Assembly: GCA_004298675.1 (NCBI GenBank)
Contig: SCRI01000002.1
Coordinates: 13,181-77,180, forward strand
Length of the DNA stretch: 64,000 bases
DNA from: a bacterium
Lineage (GTDB): Bacteria; Vulcanimicrobiota; Vulcanimicrobiia; Vulcanimicrobiales; SCRA01
Direction: 5' to 3'
Shown here: one piece after another, positions 45,389 to 53,544 of the stretch
Numbering within the stretch: position 1 is the first letter of the stretch
Layout: every line of letters starts with the position of its first letter
Program-made: the position numbers and the translations under genes
Notes under the pieces: generated by a model
What the model was told of the DNA's origin: nothing
What the model saw: only the letters and a program-made list of their open reading frames with translations
Database searches by the model: none

Positions 45389-46471
45389 CTATGACTCCTT
45401 CTGTTCGGCAGCGGCCACCGCCGCGCCGGTGGGGGTACCGGCGGATCCGCCGTGCTCCCAGGTCTTGTGCGCCACCTCTTCCTCGGAGACCGGAGCACCG
45501 ACGTCACGGCGTGCGATCGCATAGAGGAGCGTCCCCAGCAAGCCGCGCGGGAAGGCCAGCACGCAGATCACGAAGAGCGCACCGATGTAGATCTGCCACG
45601 TCTGGGTGAGCGTGGAGACGATGTCCTTACCGATGACGTAGATCAGCGAGCCGACGATTGGACCCCAGATGGTACCGGCGCCGCCGAGAATCATGATCAT
45701 CACGAAGTCGCCGGACTGCTGCCAATCCAGCATCAGCGGTGCGGCGAACATGATCAGCAAACCGTAGAGCGCGCCGGCCAAGCCTGCCATTCCCGCCGAA
45801 ACCAGCAGCGCGACGAAGATGAACTTGTTGGAGTCCAGGCCCAGGTAGCGCACGCGCAGCTCGTTCTGCCGGATGGCTTGGAGCGTGCGGCCGAACGGCG
45901 AGCGCACGATCAGCCAAAAGCCGAGCAGCACCGCCGCGAAAACCAGCAGCATCAAGTAGTAGAACGTCGTCTCGTGGAGATCGGTGTGCCAGCCCGGAAA
46001 CCCGAAGTACGGCCGCGAGAAGCTCATGCCGTCCTCACCGCCGGTGAACTCGTTGGCCCGATAGGCGATGAAGTAGAACACCTGGCCGAACGCCAGCGTC
46101 AGCAGCGCGAAGTAGATCCCGCGCCGGCGCAACAGGAACGGGCCCACCAGCAATCCGCCGATGAACGCGATGGCCGTGCCGATGAGGGCGCCTTCGATGA
46201 AGTTGACGTTGAGGTAGTGGATCGAGAGGCCCGCACCATAGGCGCCCAGACCGAAGTAGGCTGCGTTGCCGAAGGACATCAGCCCGGTGTAGCCCAGCAG
46301 CAGATTGACGCTCATCGCGGCGATGCCGAAGAGCAGCATCTCGCTGAGGATGGAGACATCCAAATGCATCAGCGAGAGCACTGAGTGAGAGCCCATCTTG
46401 AGCGGCAGGACCGCTAGCAGCACGACGGAGATAATCGCTCCGACGTACCCTTGCATCTGTCTGTTTTTCAT
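45389..46471 (-). CDS. Branched-chain-type ABC transporter permease (LivM-like)
   Basis: Multi-TM permease with an ATGA overlap with the upstream LivH-like gene. About 45-aa non-hydrophobic C-terminal tail. Confidence 0.85.
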   Translation of the reverse strand: MKNRQMQGYVGAIISVVLLAVLPLKMGSHSVLSLMHLDVSILSEMLLFGIAAMSVNLLLGYTGLMSFGNAAYFGLGAYGAGLSIHYLNVNFIEGALIGTAIAFIGGLLVGPFLLRRRGIYFALLTLAFGQVFYFIAYRANEFTGGEDGMSFSRPYFGFPGWHTDLHETTFYYLMLLVFAAVLLGFWLIVRSPFGRTLQAIRQNELRVRYLGLDSNKFIFVALLVSAGMAGLAGALYGLLIMFAAPLMLDWQQSGDFVMIMILGGAGTIWGPIVGSLIYVIGKDIVSTLTQTWQIYIGALFVICVLAFPRGLLGTLLYAIARRDVGAPVSEEEVAHKTWEHGGSAGTPTGAAVAAAEQKES

Positions 46472-47340
46472 CCGAACAGGCCCTCCGTCCCGAAGAGGCC
46501 GCGCGGACGGATCAGCAGTACGACAGCCATCAGGATGTACATGATGATCTCATTGGCGGCCGGCACGAACAGCGTCGTGACGCTGATCGCCAAGCCCACC
46601 AGTAGGCCGCCTACGATGCTGCCGAAGAGGCTACCCATGCCGCCGATGATCGCCACGACGAACGCCGGCATCAGCAGCGCGTTACCCATGGTCGGCGAGA
46701 GGCCCAGCAGACCCGAAGCGAGCACTCCGGCCAAGCCCGCCAGCGCCATGCCCAACGCGAAGTTGACCATGTAGAGCAGCTGCGTGTTGGTGCCCATGGC
46801 CGAGATCATCTCGGTGTCCTGGATGGCTGCGCGCAGGCGCAAGCCGAAGCGCGTCCGCCACAAGAAGAGCGCGAGCGCCACCATGGCCGCTGCCAGCACC
46901 CCCGCGATGAACAGCCGCAGCGTTGGGAACTGCATGAAGCCCAACGAGATGCCGCCTCCAAGGACGCCCGGGGCCGAGAACGGTACGCCGTTCGGCCCCC
47001 AGATCAATCGATAGACCTCCTCCGCGATCAGCGAGAGGCCGAAGGTCAACAACAAGCTGAAAATTGGATCGCGCTTGTACAGCGGCACGATCAGCAGACG
47101 CTCGACCACCACGCCTACCACGACGGTCAGCAACGGTGCGAGGAGCAATGCGAACCAAAACGACGTGCCCTTCGACACCAGCGTAAACGCCAAGTAGCCC
47201 GCCAACGTAAGGAAGCTTCCGTGAGCGAGGTTGATCGTGCCCGTCAGATTCATGATCAGTGAGAGGCCGATCGCGACGAAGGCGTAAAACGCGCCGAGGA
47301 CAAGACCGTTGAAGACCGATGGTACGACGTTGGATAGCAT
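46468..47340 (-). CDS. Branched-chain-type ABC transporter permease (LivH-like)
   Basis: 290 aa, multi-TM, with INLAHGSF typical of LivH. Confidence 0.85.
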   Translation of the reverse strand: MLSNVVPSVFNGLVLGAFYAFVAIGLSLIMNLTGTINLAHGSFLTLAGYLAFTLVSKGTSFWFALLLAPLLTVVVGVVVERLLIVPLYKRDPIFSLLLTFGLSLIAEEVYRLIWGPNGVPFSAPGVLGGGISLGFMQFPTLRLFIAGVLAAAMVALALFLWRTRFGLRLRAAIQDTEMISAMGTNTQLLYMVNFALGMALAGLAGVLASGLLGLSPTMGNALLMPAFVVAIIGGMGSLFGSIVGGLLVGLAISVTTLFVPAANEIIMYILMAVVLLIRPRGLFGTEGLFG

Positions 47341-47353
47341 CTCTTTATCCTAT

Positions 47354-47383
47354 GACGGGGAGCCGCCGAAGCGGCACCCCGTC
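47354..47383 (-). promoter_or_regulatory. Intercistronic GC-rich hairpin with a UUCG loop between the SBP and permease genes
   Basis: On the minus strand: GACGGGGTGCCGC-TTCG-GCGGCTCCCCGTC, a 13-bp stem with one mismatch. No U-tract. It lies between the SBP stop (47421) and the LivH-like start (47340). Confidence 0.5.
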
Positions 47384-47420
47384 GTCGTCGGAAGCGGTGT
47401 AACCCGGCCGGATCCGGAGA

Positions 47421-48692
47421 TCAAGACGGGTACTTGAGGTTACAGACCTGTGCCTGCTCGGCGGTAGTTTTGGAGATCTTGTCCGCCGGCTGGCGATCGA
47501 TCACGTTGAAGATGTCGTCCTTATCCGCGGCCGTGCCGTGCGAGCGCACCTCAACGAAGTAGTTCGGCCACATGAGCTGGTGATCGGTACCGCGGTAGTA
47601 AGCGCCGCCGTCCCAGATCGTCTCGAAATGCGCGTTCTCCAATTTACGCGCCACTTTGACGGGATCCGTGGACTTGGTTTCGTTCATCGCCCACAGCATG
47701 CGGTCTAAGGTGACGTAGCCGAAAGCGCTGCGCGCGCTGGGCGGTGTGTTGTGCTTGGCGCGGTACTCCTTGACGAAGTTCGCGGCCGCCGTGTTGTGCT
47801 TGCCGAATACCAGATCGCTATTATAGTACCACTCCACGCCCCAGTAGCCGACGCGCGACTCCGGCGGGAGGGCGAGGAAGGGCTCGAGCTCAGCCTGCGG
47901 GCCCGCCACCGGGAACTTCTTGAGCAGCCCAAAGGAGTTGGCTTGCTTCAGGAAGTTGACGAAATCGGCGCCCGCCAGCAACACGATGATGACATCCGGC
48001 TTGGCCGGTCCGATCTTCGTGATGTAGGTGCTGAAGTCGCTGGTACCCAGCGGAGTCAAGTCGTTGGCAACGATCGTTCCGCCGACTTTCTTGATGACGG
48101 CCTCGTAGCCCGCGGCCAGCGAGTGGCCAAAGGCGTAGTCCGGCGTGATCATGTACCACTTCTTGCCGAACTTCTTGGCGATCGACAGGCCCGTTGCCTG
48201 AGTCTCCTGCCAGGCCGTATGGCAGGTGCGGAAGACGTCCCAATGACACTGCGCGCCGGTGACGGGATCGGTGTGTCCGCCGGTGACCATGTAGAGCGCG
48301 CCCAGCGAGTTGGCCGCGCCGCTGGCCGAGAGCGCGATGGCGCTGTTGACGGTCCCGTAGACCGCGGCGACTTTGTCCTGGTTGACGAGCTTGCGGACTT
48401 TTTGAACGGCGACGCCGGGGTCGTTCTGATCGTCCTCGACGACGACCTCGACCTTGCGCCCCATCACGCCGCCCTTCTTGTTCCAGTGCTCCAGCGCCAA
48501 GGCGGCGCCGAAGACTTCAGGCTGCGAGATGTCCACGTAGACGCCGGAGAGCTCGGCGATCTGCCCGATCTTGAGCACGTCGGCGGCTTCGCCCCGGCTG
48601 GGAATGAAGGCGGGGAAGCCCGCGCTGAGGGCTGCGGCACCAACGGCCGCGCCTTCGAGGAAGCTCTCGCGAGAGATCGACTGGTTACCCAA
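47421..48692 (-). CDS. ABC transporter substrate-binding protein, LivJ family (paralogue 2)
   Basis: TTG start preceded by GGGAGG gives 423 aa, the same length as paralogue 1. N-terminus (M)GNQSISRESFLEGAAVGAAALSAGFPAFIPSRGEA aligns with paralogue 1. Confidence 0.85.
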   Translation of the reverse strand: MGNQSISRESFLEGAAVGAAALSAGFPAFIPSRGEAADVLKIGQIAELSGVYVDISQPEVFGAALALEHWNKKGGVMGRKVEVVVEDDQNDPGVAVQKVRKLVNQDKVAAVYGTVNSAIALSASGAANSLGALYMVTGGHTDPVTGAQCHWDVFRTCHTAWQETQATGLSIAKKFGKKWYMITPDYAFGHSLAAGYEAVIKKVGGTIVANDLTPLGTSDFSTYITKIGPAKPDVIIVLLAGADFVNFLKQANSFGLLKKFPVAGPQAELEPFLALPPESRVGYWGVEWYYNSDLVFGKHNTAAANFVKEYRAKHNTPPSARSAFGYVTLDRMLWAMNETKSTDPVKVARKLENAHFETIWDGGAYYRGTDHQLMWPNYFVEVRSHGTAADKDDIFNVIDRQPADKISKTTAEQAQVCNLKYPS

Positions 48693-48853
48693 ATGACACC
48701 TCCCGGCGCGCGTATCGGCGGCTTCACAAAAGTCGCTCGCGCGCGTTGAAAAACAGAAACTTGCGAAATGACTTTCCAATGAGAACCAGGGCGCTGGATT
48801 TTTCCTTATCGGCCCGCGCGACCTGCTCGCGCGGCCCAAAAACTGTCGGGACG

Positions 48854-50353
48854 CTACGACCCCTCGATCATTCGGCGCAGCGTCGGCTTGTCGAGCTTGC
48901 CCATCGCGTTGCGCGGGAGCGACTCGAGAAAGCGAACTTCACGCGGCACCTTGAAGCTGGCGATACGCTCGCGCAGGTGCGTCAGCAGCGCCTCCACGTC
49001 GACTCGGACGCCCGGCAGCGGTGCGACAAAAGCAAGGGGCACTTCTCCTCGCGCCGCTTCGCGCAGCGGAACGACGGCGCTCTCTTTCACACCTGGAAAT
49101 GCGTCGATCTCCTCCTCGATCTCGCGCGGGTAGACATTGAAGCCGCCGGAGATGATCATCTCCTTGAGGCGCCCGACGATGGCATAACTGCGCGATTGCG
49201 GATCGAGACGCGCCAGATCCCCGCTGCGGAACCAACGCCGCCCCCCGTCGTCGGTGAGGAAGGCCGCCGCGGTGGCCTGGGGGTTGCGGAAGTAGCCGGA
49301 AAAGACGTTTGGCCCCCAGATGCAGAGCTCGCCCACCTCGCCGTCGGCCAAGCGGGCCCCACTGATTTGATCGACAATACAGGCTTCGACGCCGGGAAAC
49401 GGCAGGCCGACCGCACCGGGGATGCGCGGGCCGCCGTAGCGGTTGGTCAGGCACATCATGGTCTCGGTGGCGCCGTAGCGCTCGAGGATCTCCTGGCCAA
49501 AGCGCTCGCGGAACAGCCCCCACACCTCCGCCGAGAGCGCCGCCGAGCCGCTGACCCAGAGCCGCAGCGCCGGAGGACGGCGCTCTCCGAGCCGTTCCAA
49601 CAGGCGCACGTACATCGTGGGGACGCCGAAGAACATCGTCGCCCGCTCCCGCTCGAGCAGCTCGAGCATCGACTCGGCATCGAAGCGGCGCTCGACGACG
49701 ATCGTCGAGCCGTTCACGAGGGTGGTCCCCAGCGCCACCTGGAGACCGTGTACGTGAAAGAGCGGCAGCGCGATGCAGAGGACGTCGTCGGGGCGCCAGC
49801 GCCACGCCGTCCGCACCGCCGCGGCGCTCGCGGCCAGGGCCCGGTGCGGGATCATGGCCCCCTTCGCCCGCCCGGTGGTACCCGACGTGAAGATGATCAG
49901 CGCGACCGTCTCCGGGCGGGCGTCGAACTCCCGCCAGGCGGCGGGCACGGGGTACTCCTCGGCCACCCGCTCGATCTCGGCGGCCTCGATCACGCGCTCT
50001 CCGAAGCCCGTCTTGCGGGCCTCGGCGGCGAGGGCACCCGCGCTCACGATCCCCCGCACCTCCGCATCCTCCCAGACGACGACGGCATCGCGATCGCGAT
50101 AGAGCGGATTGGTCGGAACCACCACCAAGCCCGCGCGCAAGGCGCCGAGATAGGCGTCGACGAAGGCCAGTTGGTTCTCTAGATAGATCGCCAGACGGTC
50201 CCCCGGTGCGTGGCCTTGGGCGCTCAGCCATGCGGCAACGCGGCGCGAGCGCTCCTCCAGCGCACCGTAGGAGAGGCGGCGGCCGTCCATCACCAAGGCG
50301 GTGTGGTCGCGGCGGTCGCGCACCGAGCCCGCAAAAAGGTCGAGCAGCGTCAT
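48854..50353 (-). CDS. AMP-dependent acyl-CoA synthetase/ligase
   Basis: IIFTSGTTGRAKGAM AMP-binding motif, WFRSGDLARLD and a C-terminal GKLDK. Start MTLLDLF follows GGAGG. Confidence 0.85.
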   Translation of the reverse strand: MTLLDLFAGSVRDRRDHTALVMDGRRLSYGALEERSRRVAAWLSAQGHAPGDRLAIYLENQLAFVDAYLGALRAGLVVVPTNPLYRDRDAVVVWEDAEVRGIVSAGALAAEARKTGFGERVIEAAEIERVAEEYPVPAAWREFDARPETVALIIFTSGTTGRAKGAMIPHRALAASAAAVRTAWRWRPDDVLCIALPLFHVHGLQVALGTTLVNGSTIVVERRFDAESMLELLERERATMFFGVPTMYVRLLERLGERRPPALRLWVSGSAALSAEVWGLFRERFGQEILERYGATETMMCLTNRYGGPRIPGAVGLPFPGVEACIVDQISGARLADGEVGELCIWGPNVFSGYFRNPQATAAAFLTDDGGRRWFRSGDLARLDPQSRSYAIVGRLKEMIISGGFNVYPREIEEEIDAFPGVKESAVVPLREAARGEVPLAFVAPLPGVRVDVEALLTHLRERIASFKVPREVRFLESLPRNAMGKLDKPTLRRMIEGS

Positions 50354-50504
50354 GGTCCTCCAGCCCTCCGGAACGGCTGCCCATTCCAGGGCGCGCCGCG
50401 GGCACCCTCCAGCCCGACGAAGGACCACCGCGCCCACGGCGGGAAAGGCGCGCCCCTAGGCGCCCTCGTGGTGCCGGAGAAGTCTCGAGCGGTGCGCCGC
50501 GTGC

Positions 50505-50532
50505 TTTACATGCGCGTAGCTGTGGATAGGCT
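50505..50532 (+). promoter_or_regulatory. Candidate sigma-70-type promoter for the RNase E/G gene
   Basis: TTTACA (50505-50510), a 16-nt spacer, then TAGGCT (50527-50532), about 90 nt upstream of the GTG start. Pattern match only. Confidence 0.25.
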
Positions 50533-50621
50533 TCGGCCGATCTTGGCCGTGAGCCCCCGTGGCGCGTAACCGCCGCGCCCCGCGCTACAACATACGAACG
50601 AAAGGTAACATAGGCAAACAC

Positions 50622-53480
50622 GTGCCGACGGAAATCCTCATTTCGAGCGACCCCTGGGAGAACCGAGTCGCCATCGTCGAGGACGGTACTCTCTCCGAAA
50701 TCTACTTCGAGCGCGAAGAAAAAATCATCGGCTCCATCTACAAGGGCAAAGTACAGAACGTCTTGCCCGGGATGGGAGCCAGCTTCGTCGACATCGGGCT
50801 GGGGCGCAACGCGTTCCTCTACGTCGACGACATCAATCGTCAGCCGCTGAATATCGGCGACGTCGAGATCACGCAGGGGCGCAGTGGTTGGACCATCAGT
50901 GAGAAGGTCAATCGCGGCGACGACGTCTTGGTGCAGATCGTCAAAGAGCCGCGCGGTCTCAAGGGCGCGCGTGTCTCGACGAACATCTCGCTGCCTGGCC
51001 GCTATCTGATCCTCATGCCGACGGGCCGCTACTCGGGTGTCTCGCGCAAGATCGAGAGCGCCGAGGAGCGCAACCGCCTCAAAGCCGTCATGAAGCGCAT
51101 CCGCCCGGAGGGCATGGCGACGATCGTGCGCACGGCCGCCGCCGGCGTGAGCGAGGCGGAGCTGATCGCCGATCTCGGCGTGATGATCCGCATGTGGCAT
51201 GGGATACTCGAATCGTACAAGCGTCCCAAGGCCCCCGCGCTACTGCACAAGGACATGAACCTCGTCTACAAAGCGGCACGCGATTTTCTCACGCCCGACG
51301 TCGACGCCATGTGGATCGACGACGCGCAGGAGTTCGAGAAGGTTCGCGACTTCCTGCGGCTGCTGGGGCCGCAGTACCTGGATCGCGTCCAGCATTACGC
51401 CGGCAACCTCTTCCACGATCGCGGCATCGATGAAGAGATCCAGAAGCTGCTGCGTCCCAAGGTGTGGCTGCCCTCAGGCGGCTACCTCATCATCGACCAT
51501 ACCGAGGCCCTGACCGTCATCGACGTCAACTCCGGAAAGTTCACCGGAGGCAAGAACCTCGAGGACACGATCGTCAGGACGAACATCGAAGCCGCGGCGG
51601 AGATCGCACGCCAAGTACGCATGCGCGACATCGGCGGCATCATCGTCTGCGATTTCATCGACATGGCGCGCGAGAGCGAGCGCAACAAAGTCATCACCAC
51701 GCTCGAAGCGGGTCTGCGCAAGGACCGCACGCGCACGACCATCCAGTCGTTCAGCGCGCTGGGGTTGCTGGAGTTCACCCGCAAGCGCGTCGGCAAGGAC
51801 CTGGAGCAGCAGCTGCGCGGATCGTGTCCGACGTGCAACGGTTTGGGGACGGTGATGTCGCCCGAGTCGATGGCCGTCGAGGCACTGCGCTCGATTCGCA
51901 GTCTGTGCGCGAACGAGCCCGCCGGCGACGCGCCCGTCTTCGTCGAGTGCGCACCCAGCGTGGGGGCGCAGATCGTCTTCTGGATGGAGGCCGAGAAGCG
52001 CGGCCTGAGCGAGCAGATCGCGCGGCCGATCGCCGTGCGCGTCGACGCTACCATCCCGCCGGAGAAGTTGCGCATCAACATCGTCGGCCGCCAGCGCGCG
52101 GCCGGGCGCAAGGAGACGCTGACGACGCTGCCCGTTCCGAAGGTAAGCGTCGGCAGCGAAGTCGAGGTCGAACTCCTGAACCTGCGCCTGCCCAACCCGC
52201 AGTCCGCGGTAGCGGTGGTCGACGGCTTCCTGGTGGAGGTCGAGAACGCCGGCGCCGGCATGGGACAGACCACGACGATCAAGGTCCTGGAGATCGACGA
52301 GGACGCGATGTTCGCCGAGCCGGAGACGCCGATCGTCGCGGCCCTGCCTGGCGAGGGGAAGCGCAAGCGGCGCCGCGGCGGGCGCGGCCGCAAGCGTGCG
52401 CTTACCGCGGCCGAGCAGACCGAAGAGTTGCGTGAATTGGCGGAGGAGGCCTCGAAGGGCAACGGCGCCCGCCCGGCGCTGGGCATCTCTACCGCCAGTG
52501 AGGCCGCCGAGGAAGAAGAGGCCGAAGCCAAGCAAGACGCGGCGGCCGATGCCGATGCTGGCGCTATCGTGATCGGGGATGGCGAGGCCACCGAGGGGCA
52601 CCGCCGCCGCCGGCGCCGGCGCCGCCGCCGCCATCGCGACACCGAAGCCGCCGCCGAAGTGGGGATCGTCCCCGCCAGCCTGGAGGCCCAGTTGGAGGAG
52701 GCGTCCGAGCCCGCTCGGGACGCGTCCGCTGAGGGCGAGAGTCCCTCCGAAGCCGACGCTCACCGGCGCCGGCGCCGCCGCCGCCGCCGGCGGGGCGGGC
52801 GCGGGGGAGCCGGAGAGTCCGCGACGCCGCTGGCAGCGGAGCGGGAGATCTTCCGCGTTCACCCGCAGGGAGCCGCGGAGCCTACGGGGCAGCGCGCGCC
52901 CTCGACGGCCATCGTCTCACAGCGCGTCGAGCTCGCCGTCGAGCCGCCTCCGCCGCACTTGGTCGCCGCACAGGAGGAGGCGAAAGTCGCCAAGCCCGCG
53001 CGCCGCCGGACGACCCGCGCGAAGAGCGGGGGCGCCATCGAGACGGCCGCCGTACCGGCGCTGCCCTCAGCCGACGGTGCCCGGGCGGAGGAGCCTCCCA
53101 AGCCCAAGCGCCGCACGGCGCGCGCGAAGACGGCCGAACCGGTGGAGGCGAATGCCACCGCGCAACTCGACTCGTTCGGCCAGCCCGTGAAGGCCAAGCG
53201 CACGCCCAGCCGCGCCAAACCAGCAGCGAAGGCAACGGCGCCTGCCGCCAAGGCACCTGCGAAGGCCACAGCGGCCAAGGCCGCAGAGGCTAAACCCAAG
53301 CCGCGCACGACACGCGCCAAAGCCGCCGCGGTCGATCCCGCAGAGGTGATCAAGGCTGCCTCCGCCGCGAAGTCCGCAATCAAGGCCAAGGCACGCGCGG
53401 CCAAGGACGCGGCCGCCGAAAAGGATGCCAAGCCCGCGAAGAAACGGACCACGACCCGGCGCACCACGACCAAGACCTAA
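50622..53480 (+). CDS. rne: Ribonuclease E/G family protein with a long charged C-terminal extension
   Basis: S1 domain (IYKGKVQNVLPGMGASFVDIG), catalytic core (LIIDHTEALTVIDVNSG) and Zn-link CPTCNGLG. About 380-aa low-complexity tail. The GTG start is approximate. Confidence 0.85.
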   Translation: MPTEILISSDPWENRVAIVEDGTLSEIYFEREEKIIGSIYKGKVQNVLPGMGASFVDIGLGRNAFLYVDDINRQPLNIGDVEITQGRSGWTISEKVNRGDDVLVQIVKEPRGLKGARVSTNISLPGRYLILMPTGRYSGVSRKIESAEERNRLKAVMKRIRPEGMATIVRTAAAGVSEAELIADLGVMIRMWHGILESYKRPKAPALLHKDMNLVYKAARDFLTPDVDAMWIDDAQEFEKVRDFLRLLGPQYLDRVQHYAGNLFHDRGIDEEIQKLLRPKVWLPSGGYLIIDHTEALTVIDVNSGKFTGGKNLEDTIVRTNIEAAAEIARQVRMRDIGGIIVCDFIDMARESERNKVITTLEAGLRKDRTRTTIQSFSALGLLEFTRKRVGKDLEQQLRGSCPTCNGLGTVMSPESMAVEALRSIRSLCANEPAGDAPVFVECAPSVGAQIVFWMEAEKRGLSEQIARPIAVRVDATIPPEKLRINIVGRQRAAGRKETLTTLPVPKVSVGSEVEVELLNLRLPNPQSAVAVVDGFLVEVENAGAGMGQTTTIKVLEIDEDAMFAEPETPIVAALPGEGKRKRRRGGRGRKRALTAAEQTEELRELAEEASKGNGARPALGISTASEAAEEEEAEAKQDAAADADAGAIVIGDGEATEGHRRRRRRRRRRHRDTEAAAEVGIVPASLEAQLEEASEPARDASAEGESPSEADAHRRRRRRRRRRGGRGGAGESATPLAAEREIFRVHPQGAAEPTGQRAPSTAIVSQRVELAVEPPPPHLVAAQEEAKVAKPARRRTTRAKSGGAIETAAVPALPSADGARAEEPPKPKRRTARAKTAEPVEANATAQLDSFGQPVKAKRTPSRAKPAAKATAPAAKAPAKATAAKAAEAKPKPRTTRAKAAAVDPAEVIKAASAAKSAIKAKARAAKDAAAEKDAKPAKKRTTTRRTTTKT

Positions 53481-53503
53481 CGCACGGCGTGCCGGAAAAG
53501 CAT

Positions 53504-53531
53504 GAGGGCGGCCCCTAGCGGGGCCGCCCTC
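53504..53531. terminator. Bidirectional stem-loop terminator between convergent rne and ctp genes
   Basis: Perfect 12-bp stem GAGGGCGGCCCC (53504-53515) pairing with GGGGCCGCCCTC (53520-53531), with loop TAGC. Followed by GCGCGTTTG on the plus strand and ATGCTTTTCC on the minus strand. Confidence 0.6.
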
Positions 53532-53544
53532 GCGCGTTTGCTCG

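Noticed and set aside
48762-48779. Sigma-54-like TGG-N-TTCGCA element upstream of SBP paralogue 2, and TGGCAC upstream of paralogue 1 near 41780
   Set aside because: The spacing is one base off the GG-N10-GC rule in the first case. The -12 GC element is missing in the second. No enhancer-binding protein gene is nearby.
48811-48837. GC-rich hairpin downstream of the CoA-ligase gene as a terminator
   Set aside because: The stem has an internal mismatch. On the coding (minus) strand the T-run precedes rather than follows the stem, so it is not a canonical intrinsic terminator. It may still be a processing or pausing structure.
52599-52800. GC-rich (CGC/CGG)n repeats that at first sight look like a tandem-repeat or CRISPR-like feature
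   Set aside because: Both copies are in frame within the RNase E/G ORF and encode His-Arg10. There is no spacer/repeat periodicity and there are no cas genes.
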